DNA of 64,000 nt, taken from the IMG/VR virus record IMGVR_UViG_3300020048_000022. The stretch is one strand, 5' to 3'. The notes beneath the pieces were generated by a model that ran no database searches, had not been told where the DNA came from, and saw only the letters and a program-made list of their open reading frames with translations. Of this stretch, positions 55,749 through 64,000 are shown piece by piece. How positions within the stretch are numbered: the stretch's first letter is position 1; every line of letters begins with the position of its first letter. A program made the position numbers and the translations under genes. Source of the DNA: an uncultured virus (IMG/VR IMGVR_UViG_3300020048_000022) (lineage: Duplodnaviria; Heunggongvirae; Uroviricota; Caudoviricetes).

Positions 55749-57290
55749 CTAAATTTTGATCTCATATATCTTGTATTCAAATTGTTCTTTTTTGTAAATT
55801 TCAATTCTTTCCTTCGAATGTTTAAGTAAATAGTTGTCTTTTCCACCAAAAGAGAAGTCATCAACAAAGTCTATAATATTAACCTTCTCCTTACCGTCGA
55901 ACAATCTCATCCCCCTACCTAAACTCTGTTTAATCAGTACTTCAGATTTATATGATTCAATAAGAAATATATTGTGTATATTTTTAACCGATATACCGGT
56001 AGACATAGTACCAAAGGAAGCAACCATTACTTTATTAATACCTTCTTCCATTCTTTTAGTGAAAATATCTCTTTTATCAGGAGAAGTATCACCATCTATA
56101 TAATAAACCTCACGATCATTAGATCTCTCCCTTATTCCATCGTATATTCTTTTACCGTATCCCTCACCAACAGATTGAAAAAGCAAAAGGGAATTCTTTG
56201 ATGTTTTAAGAACAAAATCTATAATATAATTAAGTCTCTTGTCTGAATTAACAACAAGCTTTCTTTCTAAATTAAAAAGCTCGTTACCTTCCATCTCATT
56301 TTTAGTTTCTTTTAATGTAGCAAGCTTCTCCTTAACTTCCTCATCCATCCAATCCATTTTAACTATCTTAATGGAAACAGGGGTAGCATATTTGTTATCA
56401 AATAAGAACTTTGGAGAAATCTCCATGATTAAAGGCCCAAGAAATTGTTGTATAGTTAAATACTCCGCTGTATTTTTATTAGCTAATGTTCCGGATAATC
56501 CAAATCTCCATTTAGAATCCTTACATAATGCAACTACTTTTTTAATAGATGCACTTTGAGCTTGGTGACATTCATCAACAAATACAGCTTCCACGTCATC
56601 AAAAAATTCAGGATCCATTTTAACCAATGATTGATAAGTACCTATCATTAGTCCTCCTGATATCTTCTTCTTATTAGATCCATGAATTTGTTGGATCTCG
56701 CAGTCTTCTAATTTCTCTAGACCATATTCTTCAAAATCCTCAGATCCTTGTATAACTAGGTTGGTATTAGGAACCACCATAAGAAATTTCTTAACCTTTA
56801 AAACCTCCTTAAGATAAGCCATTACCATAAAAGCAATCAAGGTCTTACCTGAACTAGTTGCTACCTCAGAAACGGAAAGTTTAAATTTTATAATCTTCCA
56901 TGCTGTTTCTATCTGATAATCTCTAGGCATTTTTTCAGGATCACCACCAACACCACCTTCAAAGAATTTATTACACCATTCAGTGTATTTCTCAAGGGTA
57001 AAAGAATTGTCAATAATTCTTTCCAGACCGTTTATTTCAACCTCGATTTTATATTTTTCACATATCTGATATACCTCAGACCAAAGTCCTGACGGTACTC
57101 TCCATATAGGTAATTTTTTATCAACAAAACATATTGCTCCATCCCAATGTTTTTTCTTAACCAATGGATGGAAAAAATGATTATGTATTTTTCTAGTTAA
57201 AGATATATCAATTTGCTTTCTCTCAAATTCCTCTTCGTAATCTATAAGACTTAACCAATTTCTATCCTCACTTACTACAAATTTTAGCAT
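55749..57290 (-). CDS. uvsW: UvsW-like SF2 DNA helicase
   Basis: PRDYQ, ATSSGKT, VVP, TYQSL, VDECH, GLSGT, STGIS, QSLGRGMR. Confidence 0.9.
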   Translation of the reverse strand: MLKFVVSEDRNWLSLIDYEEEFERKQIDISLTRKIHNHFFHPLVKKKHWDGAICFVDKKLPIWRVPSGLWSEVYQICEKYKIEVEINGLERIIDNSFTLEKYTEWCNKFFEGGVGGDPEKMPRDYQIETAWKIIKFKLSVSEVATSSGKTLIAFMVMAYLKEVLKVKKFLMVVPNTNLVIQGSEDFEEYGLEKLEDCEIQQIHGSNKKKISGGLMIGTYQSLVKMDPEFFDDVEAVFVDECHQAQSASIKKVVALCKDSKWRFGLSGTLANKNTAEYLTIQQFLGPLIMEISPKFLFDNKYATPVSIKIVKMDWMDEEVKEKLATLKETKNEMEGNELFNLERKLVVNSDKRLNYIIDFVLKTSKNSLLLFQSVGEGYGKRIYDGIRERSNDREVYYIDGDTSPDKRDIFTKRMEEGINKVMVASFGTMSTGISVKNIHNIFLIESYKSEVLIKQSLGRGMRLFDGKEKVNIIDFVDDFSFGGKDNYLLKHSKERIEIYKKEQFEYKIYEIKI

Positions 57291-57292
57291 TA

Positions 57293-57760
57293 TTAATAGT
57301 TATTTTTAACCGCTCCTGATCTTAAATACTCTTCTAAGGATATTCTTGATTTTACCCCGTAAAGCATATGATCGACAGTTTTCATTGTCTCATTAAGGAA
57401 AGATATTTGTCCATCAACAAGATCCATTCTTTCTTTTAATTCGGAAAGATCACCTTCGATTAAAGGAGTTTTTTCATTAGCTCCATATTTTACTTGAGAC
57501 ATTTCAGAATAGTATTTTAATCTATTCGACTTATCTTTTCTAAATTTAGCATTAAGCTTGCTCATTACCTGCCCTAACTTAGCAGAGTATTCTAATAGTA
57601 TCTGTCTATTATAATAAAGATCAACTTGCACATCAGCAAGCTCTCTAATATTTTTCATTCTAATAGAAAGCTCTCTAATCTTTTCTGTCCATTCCTCCCT
57701 CTCTGTTTGGAATCCTTTATCAAAATCTTTTTTTTCTACATTAGGTTGTTGCTCTGACAT
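57293..57760 (-). CDS. Possible UvsY-like recombination mediator
   Basis: 155-aa helical protein adjacent to uvsW, as in T4 gene order. Confidence 0.45.
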   Translation of the reverse strand: MSEQQPNVEKKDFDKGFQTEREEWTEKIRELSIRMKNIRELADVQVDLYYNRQILLEYSAKLGQVMSKLNAKFRKDKSNRLKYYSEMSQVKYGANEKTPLIEGDLSELKERMDLVDGQISFLNETMKTVDHMLYGVKSRISLEEYLRSGAVKNNY

Positions 57761-57939
57761 TTCTTTTTCTTATTTTTTGATATCTCTTTAACTTCTGAGT
57801 CTATCTTATTTTTTATTACTTCCGTTGAAAAATTATCAGATATATCGAAATCAGGCAATTCTAAATCCCCCTTTATATCTATGGGGAACTTAAATTTGTT
57901 ATTATTTTTTTTATATTTCATATATCTATAATATCCCAT
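57736..57939 (-). CDS. Hypothetical protein
   Basis: Small ORF between primase and the uvsY-like gene; start uncertain. Confidence 0.45.
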   Translation of the reverse strand: MGYYRYMKYKKNNNKFKFPIDIKGDLELPDFDISDNFSTEVIKNKIDSEVKEISKNKKKKCQSNNLM

Positions 57940-58991
57940 TTATCCGCAGAGAAGTAATTATCTAGTCTTTTAATCTTTTTTCCAGTCTCCCTCACATAAT
58001 TAACCACGTCGTTTAAATCCCATTTGGTTCTTTCTGGTAATTCACATTCTTTTAAGAATCTTCTCCAAAGGAAAACTTGTTCTCCGGCTTCTAAGAATTC
58101 TCTAGCTTTTTGTCTTCCTATCTCGTCTCCGTCTAATAACCATCTTTTATTTGTGACGTCAAAAGGGAATGGATTATTTATAGAACATAATGCAATAGCA
58201 TTAGGACAAAGCCAAGCATCTAAAGGACCTTCAAAAGTTGTTATCATTGAATCCAGGTCCACAGTAGAGAATCCGAAAACGCTAGATACGGGATCAACTT
58301 CTTCGGCTTTTAATATAATTTCTGGATTTGTTTCTTTTAGTAGATTCTTATAAATACCACTAAGTTTATAAGTGTAGTATTTGCTTCCACTATTCTTTTT
58401 TACTATAGGTCTAATCTGTAGACCGAGTATCTTGGTTTCATCTCCGGATAGATTTAGGAGATAAATGTTTCTTCTTTTAGGATCCCATAAGAATTTCTCA
58501 TCGGGTAAATGATTTCTTTCAAGTAACCATTTCTCCCCGTAGGTTCCTTTTACTTCAAGAAGATTTAATGCGTGCTTAAATTCTTCTCTATCAACAAGAA
58601 TGTCTTTGTAATTTTCAGAAAAAAAGTAATCTAATGAATTTCTTATTTTTTTTCTTATAGTCGAATTTCTAGATATCTCTGCTATCTCTGCAATTTCGTC
58701 AGATGAAAGCATACCATTGATTTCAAAATCTCTAGTAAATTGATTTAGATTTTTGAAGACCGCACATCCACCATTATAACATTTATACGTTAATGTATCA
58801 AGATAGAGATTTCCTCTTTTCTTCTTAGCGTCTTTGGAGTCTCCACAATAAGGGCAACAGAAGTTTAATCTGTTGCCCCCTTGGTAGATTTTTAATCTCT
58901 GAGGATCATTGCCAAAGAACTTAAGTAGTGCGGAACTAGCTATTCCTTTAACTCTATCTACAGATAGAGCACTCATAGTCTTTGATTCCAT
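57918..58991 (-). CDS. DNA primase (gp61-like)
   Basis: NFCCPYCGDS...KRG...CYNGGC; FEGPLD; LDGD; WDLND. Confidence 0.88.
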   Translation of the reverse strand: MESKTMSALSVDRVKGIASSALLKFFGNDPQRLKIYQGGNRLNFCCPYCGDSKDAKKKRGNLYLDTLTYKCYNGGCAVFKNLNQFTRDFEINGMLSSDEIAEIAEISRNSTIRKKIRNSLDYFFSENYKDILVDREEFKHALNLLEVKGTYGEKWLLERNHLPDEKFLWDPKRRNIYLLNLSGDETKILGLQIRPIVKKNSGSKYYTYKLSGIYKNLLKETNPEIILKAEEVDPVSSVFGFSTVDLDSMITTFEGPLDAWLCPNAIALCSINNPFPFDVTNKRWLLDGDEIGRQKAREFLEAGEQVFLWRRFLKECELPERTKWDLNDVVNYVRETGKKIKRLDNYFSADKWDIIDI

Positions 58992-59004
58992 AACAATCCA
59001 TTAT

Positions 59005-59970
59005 TTATAGATCGTTATAAAGATCGTCTAGAGACGGTGCAGATTTTTTAGCTGGTGCTTTAGATGCTTTAGCAGGAGCTTCATCCTCGGAATCGTTAGA
59101 CTCTTGAGTAGATGTTCTGTTATTTGCATCTTCGTAGAATGAATCTACGGAAGCAGGTGTACTTACTGGTTTAGAATCTGAGTTAGCTCCGATAATTTCA
59201 GAAACCATTCTTCCGTCTGGAATAGTGTTTCTAATAATTCTCATGATTTTTTCATTCTCATCATCACTCCAGTCAGAGTAATCATATTTTTCTAAATCTA
59301 AAGGACCGGTTTTAAGAAAGTTTGTTACAACGTCTCTTCCGTCTTCAGTTCTTTCTACTGGTGCTCCATCAATATATAAAGGCATTTTATCTCCTACAAA
59401 TTGGCAAAGGTCGTAATTGTTCCATTCTCCAACTTTTCTTACTTGAAGACCGAAGTTCTTACCTTCAAATAAATCGTAAGGATTTGAAGGATTTCCAAAT
59501 TCAGGTTTGATTTGTTGCTCGATCATATCGTTAACTTTTCTACCGAATTTCAAAATCATAATTTTTCCTTCCATATCAGGACGATTTGCATCTTTAACTA
59601 CTTGAATTAAAGAATAGAAATCCTCTTTCCTTGAGAAAGATTTAGATAGGTCTTGATCTTTAGCAGAAGCAGAATTTTTAAGCTTCCAATAAAGGTCTTT
59701 AAGAATTGATTTTTTTCCCACTGTAGATGGACAAATAGCTTTGTGATTTGCTCCGTCTACTGGATCTTTCAACCAAACATAATATTGGTGAATTTTAGAT
59801 TTTTTAGGATTTGTGATGTTAGGTAAGAATCTAATTAAAGATTTATACACTCCGTCTTTTCCTAATTCCGGATAAGGTTTATAAATAAACTCATCGTCGT
59901 CTTTTGTTTTAATTTCCTGCTTAACAAACGATTCGTTGTCAAGATTAAAGATGTCAAAATTTTCTTCCAT
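59005..59970 (-). CDS. Single-stranded DNA-binding protein (gp32-like)
   Basis: LIRFLP...CP...VVKD...EGKI...FGRKV...PYDLFEG.NF...NYD; acidic tail LDDLYNDL. Confidence 0.88.
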   Translation of the reverse strand: MEENFDIFNLDNESFVKQEIKTKDDDEFIYKPYPELGKDGVYKSLIRFLPNITNPKKSKIHQYYVWLKDPVDGANHKAICPSTVGKKSILKDLYWKLKNSASAKDQDLSKSFSRKEDFYSLIQVVKDANRPDMEGKIMILKFGRKVNDMIEQQIKPEFGNPSNPYDLFEGKNFGLQVRKVGEWNNYDLCQFVGDKMPLYIDGAPVERTEDGRDVVTNFLKTGPLDLEKYDYSDWSDDENEKIMRIIRNTIPDGRMVSEIIGANSDSKPVSTPASVDSFYEDANNRTSTQESNDSEDEAPAKASKAPAKKSAPSLDDLYNDL

Positions 59971-60008
59971 AATAATTCAAGTTTTTTTTAATTTATATTA
60001 TTTAGTAT

Positions 60009-60036
60009 TTATATCTTGCTACCAGATAAAAGTTTC
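60009..60036 (-). promoter_or_regulatory. Middle-type promoter GAAACTT-N16-TATAA
   Basis: Exact match upstream of the SSB gene, overlapping the end of the RuvC-like gene. Confidence 0.55.
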
Positions 60037-60710
60037 TCTAAATTCTCCTCAATAAACAAACAGATCCATGTTGCATCAATTATATCAGAGCAAGGATTTT
60101 CAACCTTACCTGCTCCTTTGATCCATAAATCCTTATATTCTTTCAAAATATTCAAAAGTGGTTTTAATCTGTCCTCAGATATTCTATCTTCTATAAGCTT
60201 ATTGTAAAGCTCATCTTTCTTAGCATTACCTTTTACTGCAAACTTCTTAAGTGTTGTTGGTGATATCACAAAGAAATTATCAGGATTTATTTTCTTAACT
60301 ACACCAGCTCTAATTAAAGCGGTCGTCATAGAAATATCTATAAGCGAATTTCCACTAGAGCCAAAAGATAGCCCTTCCATTCCCACTGAAGTGTTCTCGT
60401 CAAGATAAGGAGCTAAAAGATTCAATGCCACTTCAGAAAAATAAATAGCATTTAATATCTTCTGTCTTTCCTTCTCGTGATACTCACCGGTAAATTCTTT
60501 CTTTGTGATAATATTTATAGAGACATTATCATTATCATTCAGAACTTTAAAAGGAGATCCGTCTTTTTTAAGCATCTTATCTATGATGTTAGTTGTTCTA
60601 TGAAGACTTATCCATTCACAATGATCATCAGTTAAGATACAAAACCCCGGACTATTTAAAGAAAAATCTATACCAACTATTCTCTTATCCGATTTCGAGT
60701 TTAACATCAA
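60009..60710 (-). CDS. RuvC-like Holliday junction resolvase/endonuclease
   Basis: IVGIDFSL, MEGLSFGS, SPTTLKKFA.KGNAKK, DIIDA. Confidence 0.8.
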   Translation of the reverse strand: MMLNSKSDKRIVGIDFSLNSPGFCILTDDHCEWISLHRTTNIIDKMLKKDGSPFKVLNDNDNVSINIITKKEFTGEYHEKERQKILNAIYFSEVALNLLAPYLDENTSVGMEGLSFGSSGNSLIDISMTTALIRAGVVKKINPDNFFVISPTTLKKFAVKGNAKKDELYNKLIEDRISEDRLKPLLNILKEYKDLWIKGAGKVENPCSDIIDATWICLFIEENLEKLLSGSKI

Positions 60711-61236
60711 CGTAATTACATTTGAACCCTATAGAGAAAGTTGAGAATTGAGGTGTACTTGAAGCGTAGTTCAATTGTATCTCCGATAATGAAGTGAATA
60801 TAGGCTGTTGTAAAAGTACACTTGCCATAACAATACCTTCGTTATCAAGTAATAATAATCTAAAGTCCTGCAGATATTGATCTGGATTTTGAAAATCTAA
60901 GAACTTTATTATATTCTCATACAAAATCCAATAGTTTATAAATCCTTCACCCAACTTAAAAGTCACAGTAAAATCTCTTTGTATTAAATTTTGTAGAGTA
61001 GTAGAACTCTTATAAGTCTGTTTGAATCCTCCAGGTCTGATTTGTTCCACAGTATCTATAGTTCTAAGTGTGGGGAAGTTTACTTGCTGTATAGTTGAAT
61101 TTATGAAATCGTTTACTGTATCATAAGGAATAGGCATTCTCTTAACATACTTCTCATATTTACCAACTACGCTATCAACTATAAATCCCTTAGGAAAATT
61201 AAAGATAAAACCATTCTGTCTAGCATTTAAAATCAT
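60685..61236 (-). CDS. Tail tube (gp19-like fold) protein
   Basis: IQQVNFP...FTVTF...YW...LLLLD...LSEIQLNY...FSIGF pattern. Confidence 0.55.
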   Translation of the reverse strand: MILNARQNGFIFNFPKGFIVDSVVGKYEKYVKRMPIPYDTVNDFINSTIQQVNFPTLRTIDTVEQIRPGGFKQTYKSSTTLQNLIQRDFTVTFKLGEGFINYWILYENIIKFLDFQNPDQYLQDFRLLLLDNEGIVMASVLLQQPIFTSLSEIQLNYASSTPQFSTFSIGFKCNYVDVKLEIG

Positions 61237-61244
61237 CTATTAAA

Positions 61245-63572
61245 TTATTTCGTCTTACCTTTATTTGCAGCTGCATTTGGATCATTAGTCACTGGGAATG
61301 ATAAAGCATTACAATACTTAACATACACAGGATCAAAAGTACCATTTGGTAATTTAGAATGTATTTGTAAAGCAGCTGTTAAGAACTGACTAGGTTTTAT
61401 TCCTTTGAATAAATTTGCTCCTGGAGCTCCTGGTGTAAAATAATAGTTAACAACCTTTTGTACATTCAATCCCTGAGCTTCTCTACCTGCTATAGAATCA
61501 GCTAAAGCTGGTATGTTTATATTAACCGATTGAGAAGAACTTTGTGCAGCTAAACTCTTTGTACCAACTGCAACACCAGATCCCGTACCATTTAATGCTA
61601 TAGCAGGTTTAACACTTAATATTGAGCTGCTTCCTAATACATAATCTTCTATAGGTTTAATAACATTAGTAATAGGTACTCCAGAATTGATTTGATTCCC
61701 AGTAGTCGTTGAAGTTCCTGTTGTTCCTGTTGTTCCAGTTGAGGAAACAGTTGTAGTTGTAGTTGTAGTAGCTCCAGTAACTCCTGTTGTAGTTGTAGTA
61801 GCAGCTTGAACTGTATTAGAACTTGCTAAAAACTCGGTCTGATTTTGCCAAGATCCGGAGTATAATTTAGTTTCTATTCCATCTGGTGTTTTAGAAACTA
61901 TATAAAATTCCTTAGTTGTAAATCCGAGTATTTTTTTGGCATTTGAATCAACAACTTTAAAAGAAACCTGTCCTTGCGAAGGATTGGATATTGATGTTTT
62001 ATTTTTTATATTTTCCACTCTAACACTCTGTCCACTGACATCTAAAAATATCATATAATAAGTTAAGGAATTACCAAGATCTATTAACTCGGGGGTTGTT
62101 CCATCCTTTAAATTGTATACTGTGAATTTATAGAAGTTATCAAAAGGATCAATTAGTACTTTTGCTTTACCTTGTCCATATAATTTTGTTACATCAGGGG
62201 TTGATGTCTCAGATATTACGTTACCATCTTTATCTATAATTATATTTTCCTGTGTTACAGAGATGTTATTATCTTTATAGAATACAGGTATTTTCTTTTC
62301 TAACGGGGTAACATTAGGAGCAACTCCAACACCAGAAATAAGATTAGGTGCTTGTATTATTTTATTATAAACTTTCTGAGCATAAGCTCCAGTAGTAAGA
62401 TTTATAATGTTATTTTCCTTACCGTATTTACTCACATCAAATGAAGAAAATGTTGATCTTCTTATGATCTGATTTTGATTCCCCTTATTAACTAACCTCA
62501 TTGTATAATTAACAACAAATGATGTTGATAGTGGATTAACCAAAATTGGTCTGAATATAGCAGGAGAGTTAAAATCCTCTGTTTGTATACTTGTAAAATT
62601 ATAAGTCGTTATATAAGAAAGTCCCACTTGTTCTTTTACCTCTATATCATTAACAACATAATAAGTATTTCCCACCTTTCCTTCCGATGTTAAGAAGTCT
62701 TCCAAAAAGTTACCATCCCATGTGGGATAAAATTCTAAATAGTTATAAAATTGATTCTCCTGTATTACAGCAGATAAAGAACTAAAATTATCTTTAGGAA
62801 ATATACTGAGTTGCGATCTAGTTTGACCTATATAATTTTGATATCCATTTTTAAGTACAGTCTGTGTTACTTCAAAAACTGTAAACTCCACTGGAGCATC
62901 TCTTAAGAATCCATTTCCATCCGAAGATATTTTTGCAGCTAATGTGCTTGATTGTGTAGGGTTACCGTTTAGAATTTCAAATTCATAAACCATATTAGCA
63001 TAAGCAGGAATTTTAACCTCTACGTATTTGTCATATAAAGCTCCTCCTAAATAAATAGGATTAGGATTTAAGACTGGTAATGTCACGTCAGATTTTTGTA
63101 ACAAAATCTGCATTAAAGTGGCTTTTTTCCCTGTTCTCTCTTGGTACTTAGCTTGTAAAATTACTCCATCAAGATTATCAAAATTGTATCCCGATATAAT
63201 ATGAAATTTTACAGAATCATAATAGACACCAATATTAGAAGGAAACACTACAGGTAAATTACTTACTGGAGTTAATTTAGGATCTGTATCCAAATAAGGA
63301 ACTAAGAAATCCTTATCTAATGTAACGAATCTATTTTTATCAACTTGAACTACACTTAAATCTCTAACATTATTAGTTGTTGCCTCTGAAGAGGGGTTGT
63401 TTAAAATCTGTACTGTGTTACCGAAATACCCATTTACGATTTTTTCAAATCCCACCGCAGGAAATCCAGTATTAACGTAGTATACCTCAGGAGTTGGCGC
63501 AGTTGTGTAATTATACTCTAGTAATAAGTAATCAGTGATTTTAACAAACCTTTGTGTTGATGTATAAGCCAT
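61245..63572 (-). CDS. Large putative structural protein with Thr-rich linker
   Basis: 775 aa, beta-rich; AATATATA box 4 nt before the ATG. Confidence 0.55.
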   Translation of the reverse strand: MAYTSTQRFVKITDYLLLEYNYTTAPTPEVYYVNTGFPAVGFEKIVNGYFGNTVQILNNPSSEATTNNVRDLSVVQVDKNRFVTLDKDFLVPYLDTDPKLTPVSNLPVVFPSNIGVYYDSVKFHIISGYNFDNLDGVILQAKYQERTGKKATLMQILLQKSDVTLPVLNPNPIYLGGALYDKYVEVKIPAYANMVYEFEILNGNPTQSSTLAAKISSDGNGFLRDAPVEFTVFEVTQTVLKNGYQNYIGQTRSQLSIFPKDNFSSLSAVIQENQFYNYLEFYPTWDGNFLEDFLTSEGKVGNTYYVVNDIEVKEQVGLSYITTYNFTSIQTEDFNSPAIFRPILVNPLSTSFVVNYTMRLVNKGNQNQIIRRSTFSSFDVSKYGKENNIINLTTGAYAQKVYNKIIQAPNLISGVGVAPNVTPLEKKIPVFYKDNNISVTQENIIIDKDGNVISETSTPDVTKLYGQGKAKVLIDPFDNFYKFTVYNLKDGTTPELIDLGNSLTYYMIFLDVSGQSVRVENIKNKTSISNPSQGQVSFKVVDSNAKKILGFTTKEFYIVSKTPDGIETKLYSGSWQNQTEFLASSNTVQAATTTTTGVTGATTTTTTTVSSTGTTGTTGTSTTTGNQINSGVPITNVIKPIEDYVLGSSSILSVKPAIALNGTGSGVAVGTKSLAAQSSSQSVNINIPALADSIAGREAQGLNVQKVVNYYFTPGAPGANLFKGIKPSQFLTAALQIHSKLPNGTFDPVYVKYCNALSFPVTNDPNAAANKGKTK

Positions 63573-63586
63573 GTTCTATATATTCC

Positions 63587-64000
63587 TTAAAATTTAAACC
63601 AAGAATACTGTATACCTAATCCTATATTAAATACAGGACCTGCAATAGGTTTTCCGTTTAATCCGTAACCAGCTCCCATACCTATTCCTACATAAGGACC
63701 AACTGACCATTTTTTATTAGGAAACATTGTCTTAAGCACATCAGATTTATAAGGATCTATAACCGCACCTTCAATTTCTGTGATTTTCATTCCTGGATAT
63801 TTCGGTGTTACAAATATCTCCAGAGCATTATCTTTTTCTCTAAGACCAGTAATAAATGAGAATCCCATTTCATCTTGATCTATTCTAGTTTTTCCTGGAA
63901 TAACTCTATTATTAATTGTGTCTACTGTAAAGAAGCTCTTTCCTGAAAATTTTCTATAATTGTTTTCAGAAAATAAAGAATCATATTTCCAATCTAAACT
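63587..64000 (-). CDS. Partial protein with an outer-membrane-type beta-strand C-terminus (possibly spanin-like)
   Basis: Frame is open to the window edge; ends WSVGPYVGIG...IGLGIQYSWFKF. Confidence 0.45.
   Translation of the reverse strand, partial: SLDWKYDSLFSENNYRKFSGKSFFTVDTINNRVIPGKTRIDQDEMGFSFITGLREKDNALEIFVTPKYPGMKITEIEGAVIDPYKSDVLKTMFPNKKWSVGPYVGIGMGAGYGLNGKPIAGPVFNIGLGIQYSWFKF

Noticed and set aside
1..64000. Stop-codon recoding (alternative genetic code)
   Set aside because: Core genes are full length under the standard code, and TAA, TAG and TGA all occur as gene ends

Overview
AT-rich segment of a large T4-like (jumbo) phage genome, most likely infecting Bacteroidota. The host call rests on TAnnTTTG -7 promoter boxes, no obvious Shine-Dalgarno sites, and Hc1-like and DUF4494-like genes. 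Most genes are on the minus strand. Replication and nucleotide genes: family B DNA polymerase split into two genes about 16 kb apart, probable sliding clamp, both type II topoisomerase subunits, primase, gp32-like SSB, UvsW, RuvC-like nuclease, NrdA/NrdB, dimeric dUTPase, adenylate kinase. RNA-repair and translation-rescue genes: Rnl1 ligase, HD protein, P-loop kinase, Thg1, DEDD exonuclease, and a tmRNA with a 31-residue tag. There are two AAA+/vWA/metallopeptidase clusters, lysis and structural genes, and a block of small accessory ORFs. Notable patterns: (1) three 54-bp attC-like sites whose swapped arms look like a cassette insertion; (2) about 20 proteins sharing an N-terminal capsid-targeting-like motif, coupled to a GATATATA late promoter; (3) three recurrent promoter classes; (4) a shared C-terminal RFG/acidic motif; (5) in-frame insertions in catalytic motifs of one AAA/vWA cluster. 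A 100-N scaffold gap lies at 51708-51807. All product calls come from motifs read by eye, not database searches.
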